This document shows positions 39,640 through 53,554 of a stretch of DNA of 64,000 bases, one piece after another. The first letter of the stretch is position 1. The number at the start of each line of letters is the position of its first letter. The DNA lies in the NCBI GenBank assembly GCA_951406725.2, contig OX597821.1, forward strand, positions 103,292,001-103,356,000, read 5' to 3'. Source of the stretch: Octopus vulgaris (taxonomy: Eukaryota). A program made the translations under genes and the position numbers. The notes beneath the pieces were generated by a model. The model worked only from the letters and a program-made list of their open reading frames with translations. It was not told the origin of the DNA and did not search any database.

Positions 39640-39797
39640 CGGTTAAGCACATAAATGCAAAATAAGGTGGGGAAATAGTACTTGAATACCGAAGGTAGAA
39701 CAAATTGCTTTTTCTTTTTTATTAAATATGCAAAAACATCGCAAAAATTGATACTCAGAGTATCAGTATTTTTAATGTTTTCACAACTTTCATAAAA
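39640..39797 (-). mobile_element. Family H1 fold-back remnant
   Basis: Reverse complement of the H1 tail, then an inversion centred on tgatactc-a-gagtatca (39749-39765). Confidence 0.7.
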
Positions 39798-39804
39798 ACG
39801 TAGA

Positions 39805-39960
39805 TATGGCTGTGCGGTAAGAAGCTTGCTTCCCAGCCGCATGGATCCGGGTTCAGTCCCACTGCGTGGCACCTTGGACAAGTGTCTTCTATTATAGCCT
39901 TGGGCCGACCAAAGCCTTGTGAGTGAATTTGGTAGGTGGAAACTGGAAGAAGCCCATCAT
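39805..39960 (+). mobile_element. SINE family B 5' half
   Basis: tggctgtgcggtaagaagc...accttggacaagtgtctt...gaagcccatc. Confidence 0.88.
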
Positions 39961-40012
39961 ATATATATATATATATATACAGAACAGATATAAAGTCGAC
40001 GTTTAAATATAT

Positions 40013-40636
40013 AAATTGTCGTCACGGTACTACCTCCCTGTGCAGCATGATGCTGTCGCTAAACCAATTTACAATGCCATCCACAAAAAAGACTGTCCTG
40101 AAATAAACTTAGAAAATCCCTCAGTTATGGAATACATTCATGAACACCAACTCAAGGAATACTGGTGAAATATTCCCATCAAAGCTTCTGTCAAATGTAA
40201 ACGTATCAGGCCGGATATTGTTGTTTGGGACAGAGGGGCAAAGGCATGTACTACCATAGAGATAAGCTACCCTGCAGATATAAATACCTCTTTGAAAATC
40301 AAAGTGGATATCTATAGACAACTACTTCGAAACCTCCAACTTCTATATCCAGACTGAATTCATATTCATACCACTAGTAATTGGGGCATTAGGTTTTGTT
40401 AGTAAATGCTTAAAGGAGAATCTGGATAAACTGGAATTTTCAGAAATAGAAATCGACCGGCTGATTCGTACATTACAAGTGCAATATGTGAATGGAACAG
40501 TAAAAATATGCAAGACTTTTCCCAAATTCCAAATGTGAATTTGTCTGAGTTAACTGCATCCCAAAGCTGGAGCCTTGTATTTTTGTTGGAAACTGGCTCC
40601 CTCTGTAGATTTATAATGATTAAAAAATAGAAGAGA
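40013..40636 (+). mobile_element. RLE (R4/Dong-like) non-LTR retrotransposon 3' part, pseudogenised
   Basis: SRYYLPVQHDAVAKPIYNAI (RHD motif), KCKRIRPDIVVWDRGAKACTTIEISYPAD (PD-(D/E)xK-type RLE), PLVIGALG...GTVKICKTF. The 3' UTR ends in (TACA)n. Confidence 0.9.
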
Positions 40637-40762
40637 CATACGTGCATACATGCATACATAATACACATATACATTCACATAATACATACATACATACATA
40701 CATACATACATACAATCATTCATACATACATACATACATACATACATACATACATACATACA

Positions 40763-40793
<31 letters not shown>

Positions 40794-42237
40794 GTAACAA
40801 AACACGTGTCACTAAAGAATATTACAGCCGAATAAAGAAAATTTGGACCTCAGAACTCTTTGCATTCAATAAAATAGTGGCCCACAATGTATTTTCATTA
40901 CCAGTACTTATACCAATATTTGGCCTGCTTGATTGGACGCTTCATGAGATCTGAGCTATCGATGGAAAAACCCGAAGAATGCTAACAAGCACACATAATT
41001 CCCACATAAACAGTGACCGAAAAGGAAAACAAGGTGACAGAGGGTTAACACTGATCCAAAATGGATGTCGCATCATATCCCTTCGGCAACATCTTTTAAC
41101 CACCAAATGTTGAAGTCGAACCCTTGACCAAGTTTGCATACATGAGGCTGGTAACATAATAAGACATGGAAGGCAGCTCCTTGAGCAACATTCCTTGTCT
41201 GATAACCTTAAATACATGCCCAAAGAAGTCGCACGATTCTACCGCAACACCTCATCAGATGAAAGAATGAGCCTATATGTGCAGAAAACTATGCATGTCA
41301 GTAGAAAGCTCCGAGAGGATAGTAATACTGGTCAACAAAGCAGTCTATCACGGACCAATAGCTGGATTACTACCCTCCTCTTTGAAGGGTATGTATTTGC
41401 AATCCAGGAAAGGAAATATCCACAAAATACGCGATGCACAAAAGGGATAGAGATGCAGGAAAAGCAGTAAAATGTGACAACCGATGCAACTTTGTGGCGT
41501 TAACACCGAAGATACCACCCACATCATAAGCAGTTGTCTGAAAATGTCATCATGAATAAGCCAATGGACAAAGAAATAAGAACTCAGGGTACGGTAGACG
41601 CCATAGCCACTCATAATAAAAAGGATTCTGGTGGAATGTCCCTGTGAAAACCTCAATAAAATGTAAGCAAAACAGACCTGATATAATTATTTGGTATAGA
41701 GAAGAGTAACTGTGTACAGTTGTGGAAATAGGCTGACCAGCGGATGTTAACATAAAGCTGAAGATCAGTGAAAAAGAGAACACCTATGCTGAACTATTGA
41801 AAAATCTGCAGTTACTCTTTCCAGTTCACAAGTAAAGGTTTATACCTGTTATTATTTGGTGCCTGGGATATGTAATACACTGCTTAATTACCAGTCTTGA
41901 GAAATTAGGCTTCTCAAAACCAGAAAGTTGATTCGAAGACTAAAGATCCAATCCATCACTGGAACTGTAAAAATCTCTGAAACTTTCCAGAAGTTTATCA
42001 TTTAAATATATATGAGCATGTCTAAATATGCAGCTATATGCATGATAATACATACACAAAACAAAACATACAAATCTGTACACATATATGCATACATATA
42101 CATACATATACATACATACATAGAAACGAAAATACCCTGTCGTTGATATTGAAATTCCTATGAAGGAGCCTTGGATCTAGGTTAGAAACCGGCTCTTTCG
42201 CTATTGGCAAGAAATATTGACATAAAACTGAATAATC
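40794..42237 (+). mobile_element. RLE non-LTR retrotransposon, 5'-truncated (RT thumb, CCHC, RLE, 3' UTR), pseudogenised
   Basis: KIWTSELFAFNKIVAHN...IDGKTRRMLT, FEGYVFAIQE, C..CGVNTEDTTHIISSC, FWWNVPVKTSIKCKQNRPDIIIW...VVEIG*PADVN...KENTY. (TACA)n on both sides. Confidence 0.92.
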
Positions 42238-42316
42238 ACATACATACAGATATGCATGCATACACACGTATGTACACACACATTATATAAATATCGTTTT
42301 GGTGTGTTCTTTATTG

Positions 42317-42600
42317 AGCCACATGGCCTAGTGGTTAGAGCGGCGTACTCGCGGTTGAGGGATCGCGGGTTCGAGTCTCAGACCGGGTGATGTGTGTATT
42401 TATGAGCGAAACACCTAAGCTCTACGCGGCTCCAGTAGAAGGTAATGGCGTACTTCTGCTGACTCTTTCGCCACAACTTTATCTCCCTCTTTCCTTCTGT
42501 ATCTTGCAGCTCACCAGGTGGGGAACGTATACGCCAAGGAAACCGGGAAACCGGCCCTATGAGCCAGGCGTGGCTCGAGGAGGAACAAACAATGTTCTTT
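42317..42600 (+). mobile_element. SINE family D variant
   Basis: tggcctagtggttagagcggcgtactcgcgg...gggttcgagtctc tRNA-like head; tail shared with 48245-48495. Confidence 0.8.
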
Positions 42601-42927
42601 ATTAAAGCCGTTACATACATATAACATAGTATAAGAATTTTATTCAATATAGGTTCAGTGCTTATATGCCATATGGTTGATATAAATTAGTCTCTGTACG
42701 CGTTATAGGAAAATTTTTATGCTGTTGCTGAATCAATGATGGCAACACTCATTATTCTCGTAACATTTACGAATGAGAGTAACGAATCTCTGAACATTTG
42801 GCAATGCAATTTGATTACATCATATATGCATAGTTTATATTATATAACTGATAAGCATTCTTTGTTAATGGAAGGCGCGTAAGACGATTTTATAAATAAA
42901 AAAAACTATCCTGCTTTGGTTGGTTTG

Positions 42928-43008
<81 letters not shown>

Positions 43009-44100
43009 ATTGTGTATACGTATGTATGTATGAATGTATATATGTGTGTTTGTGTGTGTATGTATACGCACACCGAAGTTTATTACAAAGGATTCATTGG
43101 AGTGCAGCACGATTGATTCTTGTGATGTACATTTAATCCGTTGTTCTGTTCAACACCACTGTGTCACCCTTCTATGCAGTCACCGAGTTTCGCCTTGTTG
43201 CCTTCATTAGAGTGAAGTCTCCGTCTTTAGGATACACAGACATCTTGAGCTCCTATTATCTTCCGCAGAAAGGCATCAACACATGGTATGTCGTGCCGGC
43301 TTACCATCATTCTCGTTCGTTCGTTCGTTCGTTCGTTCCTTTCTTTCCTCGAATCCCTCCCACCCTTACCAATTTAAGACACGTTGCAAAAGGTCACGAA
43401 TTTTTGACCTTCCTCCTCGGAATACGTCCAAGTTAGTCGTTATTGCCGGCATTAAGAAACAAAAACAAAACTACATAAAACATGAGAAACCATGAATTAT
43501 TGAGTTCAATACTAAACCATATATCTAGCCTTCATTCAAAATAAATAAATATGTTGAGATAAATCATACATGTCAAATGTGTTTATGTCTGGGAAATATT
43601 TCCAAATATTCAACTGGATAATTTAACTCATGGTATTGCTTTTTCTTTTAGTTTAAAAAACAAAACAAAACAAAAGCAACAGAATTTAACGGCTATTGGT
43701 CATTGGGCTTGGGTCACGTGTTGTAGTAGATCGTATTGACTGCTGAATTTATTTTAGTCTGGTTTATATTTTATTGATCTACATTTACAAACTAGTTGAG
43801 TTAACTTTTTGACGCAGTTTCACTTTAAAAGGTTGTTCCTTCTTTTTGTCTGTCTGTCTCTGACTCTCTCTCTCTCTGACTCTCTCTCTCTCTCTCTCTG
43901 TAACACACTCTATCAGTCTCTCCCTTCCTCTCTCTTTTCCCCCCTCTCTCTCTCTGTGTCACACACACCATCATTCTCTCCCTTCCTCTCCCCCCTATCT
44001 CTACACCTCAAAAGTAAATATACACATTCGTTATACCGTTATGTCTGCGAGGACACTACCTAATGTTTCAAGTTTGTTAATGTACTATACAAAAAAGGTG

Positions 44101-44435
44101 AAGGCGCATAGCTCAGTGGTTAGAGCGTCGATCTTAAGATCGAGAGATTGTGAGTTCGAATCCCGGACCGAGTTGCAAGTTGTGTTCTTGAGCAAGACAC
44201 TTTATTTCGTGTTGCTCCAGTTCACTCAGCCGTAGAAATGAGTTGCTATGTCAGTGGTGACAAGCTGTATCGGCCTTTGCCTTTCCCTTGGATAACACTG
44301 GTGGCGTAGAGAGGGGAGGCCGGTAGGCATTGGTGACTGCTGGTCTTCCATAAACAACCTCGCCCGGACTTGTGCCTGGGAGGGTAACTTCCTAGGTACA
44401 ATCCCATGGTCAGTCATGATCGAAGGGGGTCTCAG
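44101..44435 (+). mobile_element. SINE family C, near full length
   Basis: ggcgcatagctcagtggttagagcgtc...gagttcgaatccc A/B boxes; body homologous to 6944-7300. Confidence 0.88.
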
Positions 44436-44566
44436 CATGCAAAAAGCATGTCTGCTAAATATTACATTAAGCATTTAAATGCATGAAATAATATACGTTG
44501 TTCCTAAAAAAAATAAATAAATCTTTTAAACATGGTCGTGTCTATTTTCGATATGTCTGTGTGTGT

Positions 44567-44599
<33 letters not shown>

Positions 44600-45503
44600 A
44601 TACGTATGTATGAATATATATCCCAGATTACCCAGCCTTGCACCACATTGGTTGGTAAGCAGACTACTTACCACATTATAAATATATATGTTCATAGAAA
44701 CACATAAATACCTATGAAGGTATGTTAACTAACAGGCATTCCATCAGTTGCGACGATGACGGAGACAGTTGATTCGACCACAGGATCAGACTGCTCGTGA
44801 AATTAACATGCAAGTGGCTGAGTACACCACAGACATGCGCGCCCTTAAACTGGTTCTCGAGGAAATTCAGCGTGTCACAGAATGTGGGAAGGTCGACCCT
44901 TTGAATTACAGGTACAAACCATTTTTGCCGGGTGGGTGGACTGGAGTACTCTGAAATAAAGTGTTTTTCTCAAGGACACAACGCGCTACCGGGAAACGAA
45001 CTCACGAACTGGTTTTCTGTTTTCCTTTACCAAATCTCATGATATTGCTTCTAATATATCTTGATTTTTATTACCATACCAACTATGATATCTGTCTGCT
45101 CCCTCAGCCCTACCCCTAACAAATACTACCCTCTGTTATCTCAGCCTTAGATATACAATGGATTTGATAAACTAGTCTATAGATTGAAACTGACCCCATA
45201 AACAAAACAAATCAGTGACAGGCAGAGTCTATAACAATTTATATCTTCTTGAAAACTTAGTAAATTCTATGCTGGAGTAAGACAGAATGTTCTTTGTCCA
45301 TCTCCTTAATTTCTTGGAGATTTTAGGTATAATTATACTAATGTGTCCATCTCTTCTAATTTAATTAAATTTTTTTTTCTTTGTGCAGCTGAAGATTGCT
45401 CTGCATTTTAAATTGATGTAATTAATAATTGCATTGTTCAATTAAATGGAGTTGCAAGAAATGTTCGTACTGCATTACCTCTGGATATCCTTGTTGCTTA
45501 TTT

Positions 45504-45568
<65 letters not shown>

Positions 45569-45650
45569 CACGAATACCGGAAGTAGATTGATGGGCTTTA
45601 ATAAGATAACTGCAAAAAGGCGGCGAACTGGCAGAGAAATTGAAAGGAGC

Positions 45651-46284
<634 letters not shown>

Positions 46285-46890
46285 TAGTCTTACTCCTCTC
46301 ATTATTGCACACATAATGTGGGTCGTATTTTCCCAGCATCTTTATATGCCTTTATAGTCTCGTTCAGTTGTGCTTGTGAGTGTGTGATTTTGTTTTGTCT
46401 GATTAGAAAAATCACAGGGGAGTTTAAATCCAGAATACAGATCGCTGCTTTAACCAAAGTAAAGTATCGATCGATTGTAGACAATCAAAGCAATACTAAA
46501 GCTTCCCTAACAGTTAAGCGATGTGCTACATATAGATACGCCCAGAGCTGATAATGTATAGTAATAATAATAGAATTACCATTCTCTCTTCCAAGTGTGT
46601 GTGTGCGTATATGTGTAAGAGAAGGAGAGAGAGAGATAGAGAAACGGAGTGTGTGTGTGCGAAGGTGCGCATGTGCATGTGTGTGTGTGTGTTTCTAGTA
46701 TGTTTATGTATGTGCGTATGTATGTTTTATATGTCTAAGACTGCGCCGCATTCACATACACTCATGCACACACACGAATGTATTCAAAGTACATCCAGAC
46801 GGATGAAGACAACACCACAAACAGACAGACACATTGATATATAATACCTGTCACATATGTGTGTGCCTATATAACTATATACATATATAC

Positions 46891-46950
<60 letters not shown>

Positions 46951-46973
46951 CTTTCTCTCTCTCTGTCTCTCTG

Positions 46974-47005
<32 letters not shown>

Positions 47006-47007
47006 CT

Positions 47008-47526
47008 TAGAAATGGATGCGTGGTGTTCAATTAAATAATAATATAAATAATATATATATATATATATATATTGATTTATATGCATATATGGCTACTGGA
47101 CGTCACCAACAGTAAATAACATGAAATACGAAAACAAGTGAGTTAAATTCGCAAACAATGAGAGAAAAAATGGAAAACAGGACAAGAAATACAAAGAAAA
47201 CAAAGATTGCCCCTTCATCAGTTGCCGGCTGTCTATCTATTCCTGATTTCGCGACAACTAATGATGGGTCCTTTTTTGTTCCCTCCTTTGACCCTCCATA
47301 AATCCCAGATTTTATTTTGGTACTCATGGGAGCAACTGCTTTCGAAGTCCCATATTGTGGTTCAGCGCTCGAAATGAGGAGTAGATAGACAGCCGACAAC
47401 TGATGAAGGGTCATTCTTCGTATTCTTTTTTACTACTTGTCCTGTTTTCTATTTCTTTCTCTTGTTGTTTGCGTATTTAACTCATTTGGTTTTCGTGTTT
47501 CATGTCGTTTACTGTTGGTGACGTCC
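47008..47526. mobile_element. Fold-back element (family F) with ~155-bp imperfect inverted arms
   Basis: Arms 47098-47251 and 47370-47526 (ggacgtcaccaacagtaaa.../...tttactgttggtgacgtcc). Related fragments at ~8800-8895, ~16003-16105 and ~51075-51220. Confidence 0.8.
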
Positions 47527-47643
47527 TAATTCCAGGTTCAGTCGCACTGCGTGGCACATTGGGTAAGTGTCTTCTATTATAGCCTTGGGTAGACCAAAGC
47601 CTTGTGAGTGATTTGGTAAATGGAAGCTGAAAGGAGCCCATCG

Positions 47644-47703
<60 letters not shown>

Positions 47704-47850
47704 TGAGTGTATGTGTGTGTGTGTGTGTGTGTGTTTGTCCTTCCCCACCATCGCTTGATAACCGGTGCTGGTGTGTTTACCTCCCTGTAACTTGGCAGTT
47801 CGGCTAAGAGACCGATAGAATAAGTACTAGACTTACAAAGAATAGGTCCT
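47527..47850 (+). mobile_element. SINE family B, 5'-truncated
   Basis: Matches the family B consensus. Confidence 0.88.
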
Positions 47851-47856
47851 ATATAA

Positions 47857-47925
<69 letters not shown>

Positions 47926-48097
47926 GGTATTGGTATTCAGAAGACCCAAGGGGGCAGGTAACACTATGTAAGTGCTATGGAAGGGCAGTAGTTAAACTAG
48001 TAGTTCGATAATGATACGAATGAGGTGTCTAATGCGGGTTTTGTATGGGCATGCATGTATATGATAAATGAAATGGGACAACAAAGGCGCAGGCTGG

Positions 48098-48178
48098 GTG
48101 GAATTTTCAGGATAATTATAAAGAGAAAGGCGAACTGTAAGACTCACTTTCTCTTTATAAATGTCCTGAAAATTTCAC
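48098..48178. repeat. Terminal hairpin (32-bp imperfect arms) of a TA-embedded element (~47921-48180)
   Basis: gtggaattttcaggataattataaagagaaag / ctttctctttataaatgtcctgaaaatttcac. Confidence 0.75.
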
Positions 48179-48244
48179 ACATATATATATATACACACAC
48201 ATACATAAGTAGTTAATATATACATGATATATAATTGTGTGAGT

Positions 48245-48495
48245 GGAGGCGCGTGGCTTAGTGGTTAGGGTGTCAGTATCATGATCGTAAGATTGTGGTT
48301 TCGAATCCTGGAGCGGGCGACGTGATGTCTTCTTGAGCAAAACACTTCATTTCACGTTGCTCCAGTCCACTCAGCTGGCAAAAATGAGTAACGCTGCAAT
48401 GGACTGGCGTCCCGTCCAGCTGGGGAACACATATGCCATAGAAACCGGGAAACCGGGCCCATGAGCCTGGCTAGGCTTTAAAAGGGCGCGTTTAT
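48245..48495 (+). mobile_element. tRNA-derived SINE (family C-like head, alternative tail)
   Basis: ggaggcgcgtggcttagtggttagg...ggtttcgaatcc; 'ttcttgagcaaaacacttcatttcacgttgctccag' body. Confidence 0.85.
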
Positions 48496-51217
48496 TATTT
48501 TTATATGCACTTGTGTGTATGTTTTTATGTATCTGTTTACACAAATATACAAAATACAACGAGGCAACGAAACGCATTAAAATACTAAAACTAAGATGAG
48601 CGTGTCCATATGTGTGTGTGTAGGTGTACATAAATACAAATGTATAATTATATAATACACATAAATATGTGTGTATGTGTGTATATGTGAATAGTAAAAA
48701 TGAGCGAAGTGAAATACCTGAAAGTTGCCAATGTCAGGATTTTGGACATTAGAAAGGTAAATAATCGAGCAAAATGCATTCCTAACTTTATGATTTCCTC
48801 TTGGCTGCGAGAGGAAATAAACAAACAGCTAGCGGTGATTGCTACCGGCTGCAATGACGACAGGAGAATATCTCAGGGCATCAATAATTCTCTTGATTCA
48901 ATATGCCATTAAGGAAAATTTGCTCTGAAGGGAATCTTAATTATAAAGACCTATGAACAAAGGCAATCCTGCCGTGACCATCCGCTCTTTTCCTATGGGT
49001 AGCGAGACCAGGACAAAAATATTAATAGTTTCCTATTTTTTAAATGCGTGTGATTTGAGGATAACTTAGGTGCTATTTCTAGCGTGTGAAGTGACTATGA
49101 GAGATCCTCAAAGTTGAACCTATTACGCATTATTTTTACTAGTTAGAAATTGCTGACAATTTTCATCAATTCAGAATACATTTTAAAACAATAGTGCAAA
49201 ACTTCACAGTGTAAAACGTGATGGCCACCTTTGGCACGTCTTTAGTCAAGCCTGCTCAAGTACAGAGCTCACCTGGGGATAAATAGCTCCAGCAACTGTA
49301 AATCTTAGAATAAACATACATTTTCATGACTATTACAACTGCAGAGTATTAACATAAATTTCTTTTAACCCATTCTTTGATGTTTGTTCATTTGTCTCCT
49401 GAAAGTAGTACAGACTTAGTGAATTGCAATGAATAAAATCAGAAATCGAAATCTGGTCCCATATTCGATTAGCTATATTGATTCTCGCTCCCTCTCTCTC
49501 TCTTTCTCTCTCTCTGTTTCTCTTTCTCATTCTGCCTCTGTTATTCACATTAAATTAAAGGGCGATTAAAATAAAATAAATATTGTGATTTCCTTTCGTT
49601 GCAGCTAATGGATTATAGTGAGTCGAGTCGGATGAGAGGAAACTGTGTGAGGAGAGATGGAAAACATACAGTCTGAAATAAGGAATGTTTAATTAGAGAC
49701 GAATAATTTGGTGATTTTGTGCTTGAATGAGGATATAAAAACCTCCTGTGATGAAATCAGCAATTATATTTAAATAATCAATTCTGAGCCATTGGGAAAC
49801 GGTGTGGGGATGGTGGCTGCGATGATGGAGGCTTTAAACAAGGCTAGCTTTAGTGAAATTAAATTCCATGGGAATCACATTATAGAGTAATCTGTCCTGT
49901 TACTGTATCGAAGCCATTACATTAACGGTAGCCATGATGGACTGAGAAACTATAGGATAAACAGAAAGTAACAATCGAAGTGAAAATCAAAATTAAATGG
50001 ATGATACAATAGCATTATATTTTATTCTTAGGAGCGTCCACAAGGCTGGCAACTGTGTTTAATATGTTCAACCTTTAACGTAAATAGTCATACAATAATA
50101 AAACAGCTCCAGACGATATATCTTATTATTCTACAAGATTGTACGCCTGGACACAGAAATGGTCACCCGTTTAAACTTTTGCCTGCCCTGTGAATTACAT
50201 GCAATCTTGGCCGTTTTAAGGCATGGACACACTAGGCAGTCGCTCACGGACCTAAATGGTCAAGGGGCTCAGTTCTCGTCTATAGTTGTGGTGGCTTGCT
50301 ACCAATAAATAAATACTATAAAGCCTAGTGAATTGATTTGCCCGGGGGACTATAAACGTATTTTCCTTGGGTCCACGCATTATACATGATACACGTTTCC
50401 AGTTCTTTCCAACTACCAGCTGGGGACTTATGAAAGGGAAAACTTCATATTACTCAAAATGTATGATACATGGCCTAACTAAAAGTCTGAAAACAAACAT
50501 AGATGTTTAACACAAGTTTATGACTAAATATCATATAGTCTTTTTTGCGAAGTGGGATAAAAACTTTGCAAGTACATGGTCTCTACCGCTTGTCACGACT
50601 TTAGAATAACGAGAATGTATGATTTTCTAATCAGCTCAGAATCTTCTAAAACAACTGGCCTTTGCTATAAAACAACCTGATTAATTTCTAATTAATGGTG
50701 AGCCTTAAATCCTATGAGGAAGTTTAACAGTTTCCTTTGCTTGTTGCAGAAAGATTAAAATTATTTAGACTTTCCCTTTAAAAGTTTTCCATACGTACAA
50801 GCGTAGATATAGGCATAGGAATGAAGGTTTGGTTAAGAATCTGGCTTTGCAACCACATGATTTCACGTTCATTCCCACAGCGTGGTAGCTTGGACTGTAT
50901 CTATTCTGGGGCGCTGCATTGGAACGTTTAGTTGATCAAATCGAACTCCAACACCTAGTTTAAAATCTGGTACTTGTTCTACGGTTCTCTTTGGCCAAAC
51001 TGCTAGGCTACAATCGCGTAAAAGACCAACATAGGTTATCAAGTGGTGTTGGGAACGAGCACAAATATACATAGCTTCGACAGTCACACAATGAGAAACG
51101 AAAATGAACTTTTTTTTTCGAACAACGAAAAAAAACAGAGAAACGAAACATACAACATAAAGAATATTCCTCGTCATCATTTGTCCTTGTTTCTACTCCG
51201 CTTTTCGAAGGTAACGC

Positions 51218-51335
<118 letters not shown>

Positions 51336-51336
51336 A

Positions 51337-51509
51337 TATATATATTAAATTAGAGATAAAACCACTATTAGACAAATCAAACAGTGAAAATCATAAACCA
51401 ATACATAGAAAAAAATTAATTAATAAAAAATATAAAATATAAAATTCAAAATTATTCAAGTTTAAAGTTAAAATTAAAAAATTACTTAAATTAATAATTT
51501 ATACTTAAA

Positions 51510-51589
<80 letters not shown>

Positions 51590-51765
51590 TTATATTTATT
51601 TATTTATTTTTTATAAATATATATAACTATCAAAAAGTATTAAGAGTTTAATATAAGATAAAGAGGTTTTATCTCTAATTTAATATATATATTTATACTA
51701 TAAAATTCGATTTAATCCTTAATCTAATTTTCCCCTGTAAGTTTGGATTTACTCCATAATATTAT

Positions 51766-51770
<5 letters not shown>
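51337..51770. repeat. AT-rich fold-back element in (TA)n
   Basis: IR atatatattaaattagagataaaacc (~51337-51363) / ggttttatctctaatttaatatatat (51665-51691), with an unpaired tail to ~51770. Confidence 0.65.
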
Positions 51771-51802
<32 letters not shown>

Positions 51803-52049
51803 GACAATTGCTTCAGGTGCCACGCTGTGGGAATGAACCGGAAACCAAGTGGTTACAAACATCCGTACCTACGCCAATATCTACACTTCTACATATAGAA
51901 ACATTTTAAGAGACAATTAATAATAATTTGAAACGCTCTGATTTGAATCCCTCTATGCGAGCGTATATGCAATTTATTTTCGTCTCCGCAACTTAGCTGT
52001 TCGGCCAAAAGTCATCCTTAGAGTACCAGGTTCAAAATTTACAACATAT

Positions 52050-53060
52050 AGGCGCAGGCGTGGCTGTGTGGTAAGAAGTTTACTTCCGGACAACATGGTA
52101 TCGGGTTCAGTTCGACAGCGTGGCACCTTGGGCTAGTGTCTTCTTTTAAAGCCTCGAGCTGACCAAAGCCTTGTGAGTGGATTTGGCAACGAAAACTGAA
52201 AGAAGCCTGTCGTATATATATATAAAATATTACTATATACAGCAGGTTGCAAAATTTTCACCAAAAGGGAGAATTATAAATGTCACTAAATACGATTAGG
52301 ATATATTTTCATTCATGTGCGTTAACTACAGCATTACGGCATTTTAGCTCTTATTTCTAGCAATGTAGGTTTTTCCTAACAATTTAATCACATTTAGTGA
52401 CAATTACACACATACACACACACACACTCATTTACAGGGTGGCAATAAAGTCACTGTACATTTCCTTACAATAACAATTAAATAAAGACTAAGCAATTAA
52501 TCAACAGTCCAGATATTTATTATTAAAATGGTTCTGGTTAATTCTGGTTAATAACAATAAAATGCTACGGCAAACAATAGTAAATGAATTAGCGATACTG
52601 TTCGAACTGCAAGCCATTGCTTCAATGCATTCCTTACAACTCGAGAGAACCTTTCAACTAATGTCACAATACAAATGGTTCTGATGGGGTTGAGACTGCA
52701 AATGAAGCTTGAATAAATTGCTTGAGGTCATCGATATTTCTCGGTTTCTTTGCAAAAACGGAATCTATGATAATTCCCCAGTGACTTTCTTGCTACCCTG
52801 TATATATACTCATATATATGTGTGTATGAGTGTGTGTATCTTCTCTCTGTGTTTGTCCCCCCATCACCACTTGACAACCGGTGGTGTTGGGGTGTTTATG
52901 TCACCGTAACTTAGCGGTTCGGTAAATCAAACCGATAGAATAAGTACTAGGCTTTAAAAATATAGTTCTGGGGTCGATTTGTTCGACTAAAATTCCTTCG
53001 AGGTGGTGCTCCAGCATGGCCGTGGTCAAATGACAGAAAACAATAAAAGCGTAAACGAAT
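52050..53060 (+). mobile_element. SINE family B split by insertions (head 52050-52215, tail ~52830-53060)
   Basis: ggcgcaggcgtggctgtgtggtaag head; tail gtgtttgtcccc...gctccagcatggcc resumes after the MITE. Confidence 0.85.
52435..52800 (-). mobile_element. Internally deleted Tc1/mariner-superfamily element (366 bp)
   Basis: TIRs cagggtggcaataaagtcactg / cagtgactttcttgctaccctg with TA flanks. The - strand retains a frameshifted CKECIEA-GLQFEQY C-terminal transposase motif. Confidence 0.88.
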
Positions 53061-53554
53061 AAGCTCCGGCGTAGATTGGTTTGATTAAAGCCCCCCAAGA
53101 CGGAGCCCCAGCTTGGTCGCAGTCCAATAACAGAAAACATGTAAATAAAATAAAAAGCAAATATATATATTGAGGCGACTTCCCCGCTAGGGATTTGAAC
53201 TCTTACTGCTACTGTTTACAAACTTCCCCAAGTTTCAAACCACCTTTATTTGGCATCTACAAACCACATTATCTCTTCAATACTCCATAATACATTCATG
53301 TCTCAGTGGTGTAATGAAAAAAACAATATCCACCCCAAGTTTCTGTCGATAATTGTTACTTAAGAAAACATTAGACGTACAATAATAATCACTTTTAGAT
53401 GACTTTGCGCTCTCTGTATTTGTTTTCTGCTATGTTTGTATTATAGCGAGGCGTAAGAGAAACAGCTTGCAGAGCCGGGTTGCATGGCTGACGGCGTGGT
53501 TTGGGATGTGAGATAGATTGTCAACTGAAGCATAACAACAAGTTATATTGGCGT

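Noticed and set aside
44101-44175. tRNA-like sequences (also 32529, 38268, 42317, 48245)
   Set aside because: They have A/B boxes but continue into SINE bodies and lack a complete acceptor stem, so they are SINE heads rather than tRNA genes.
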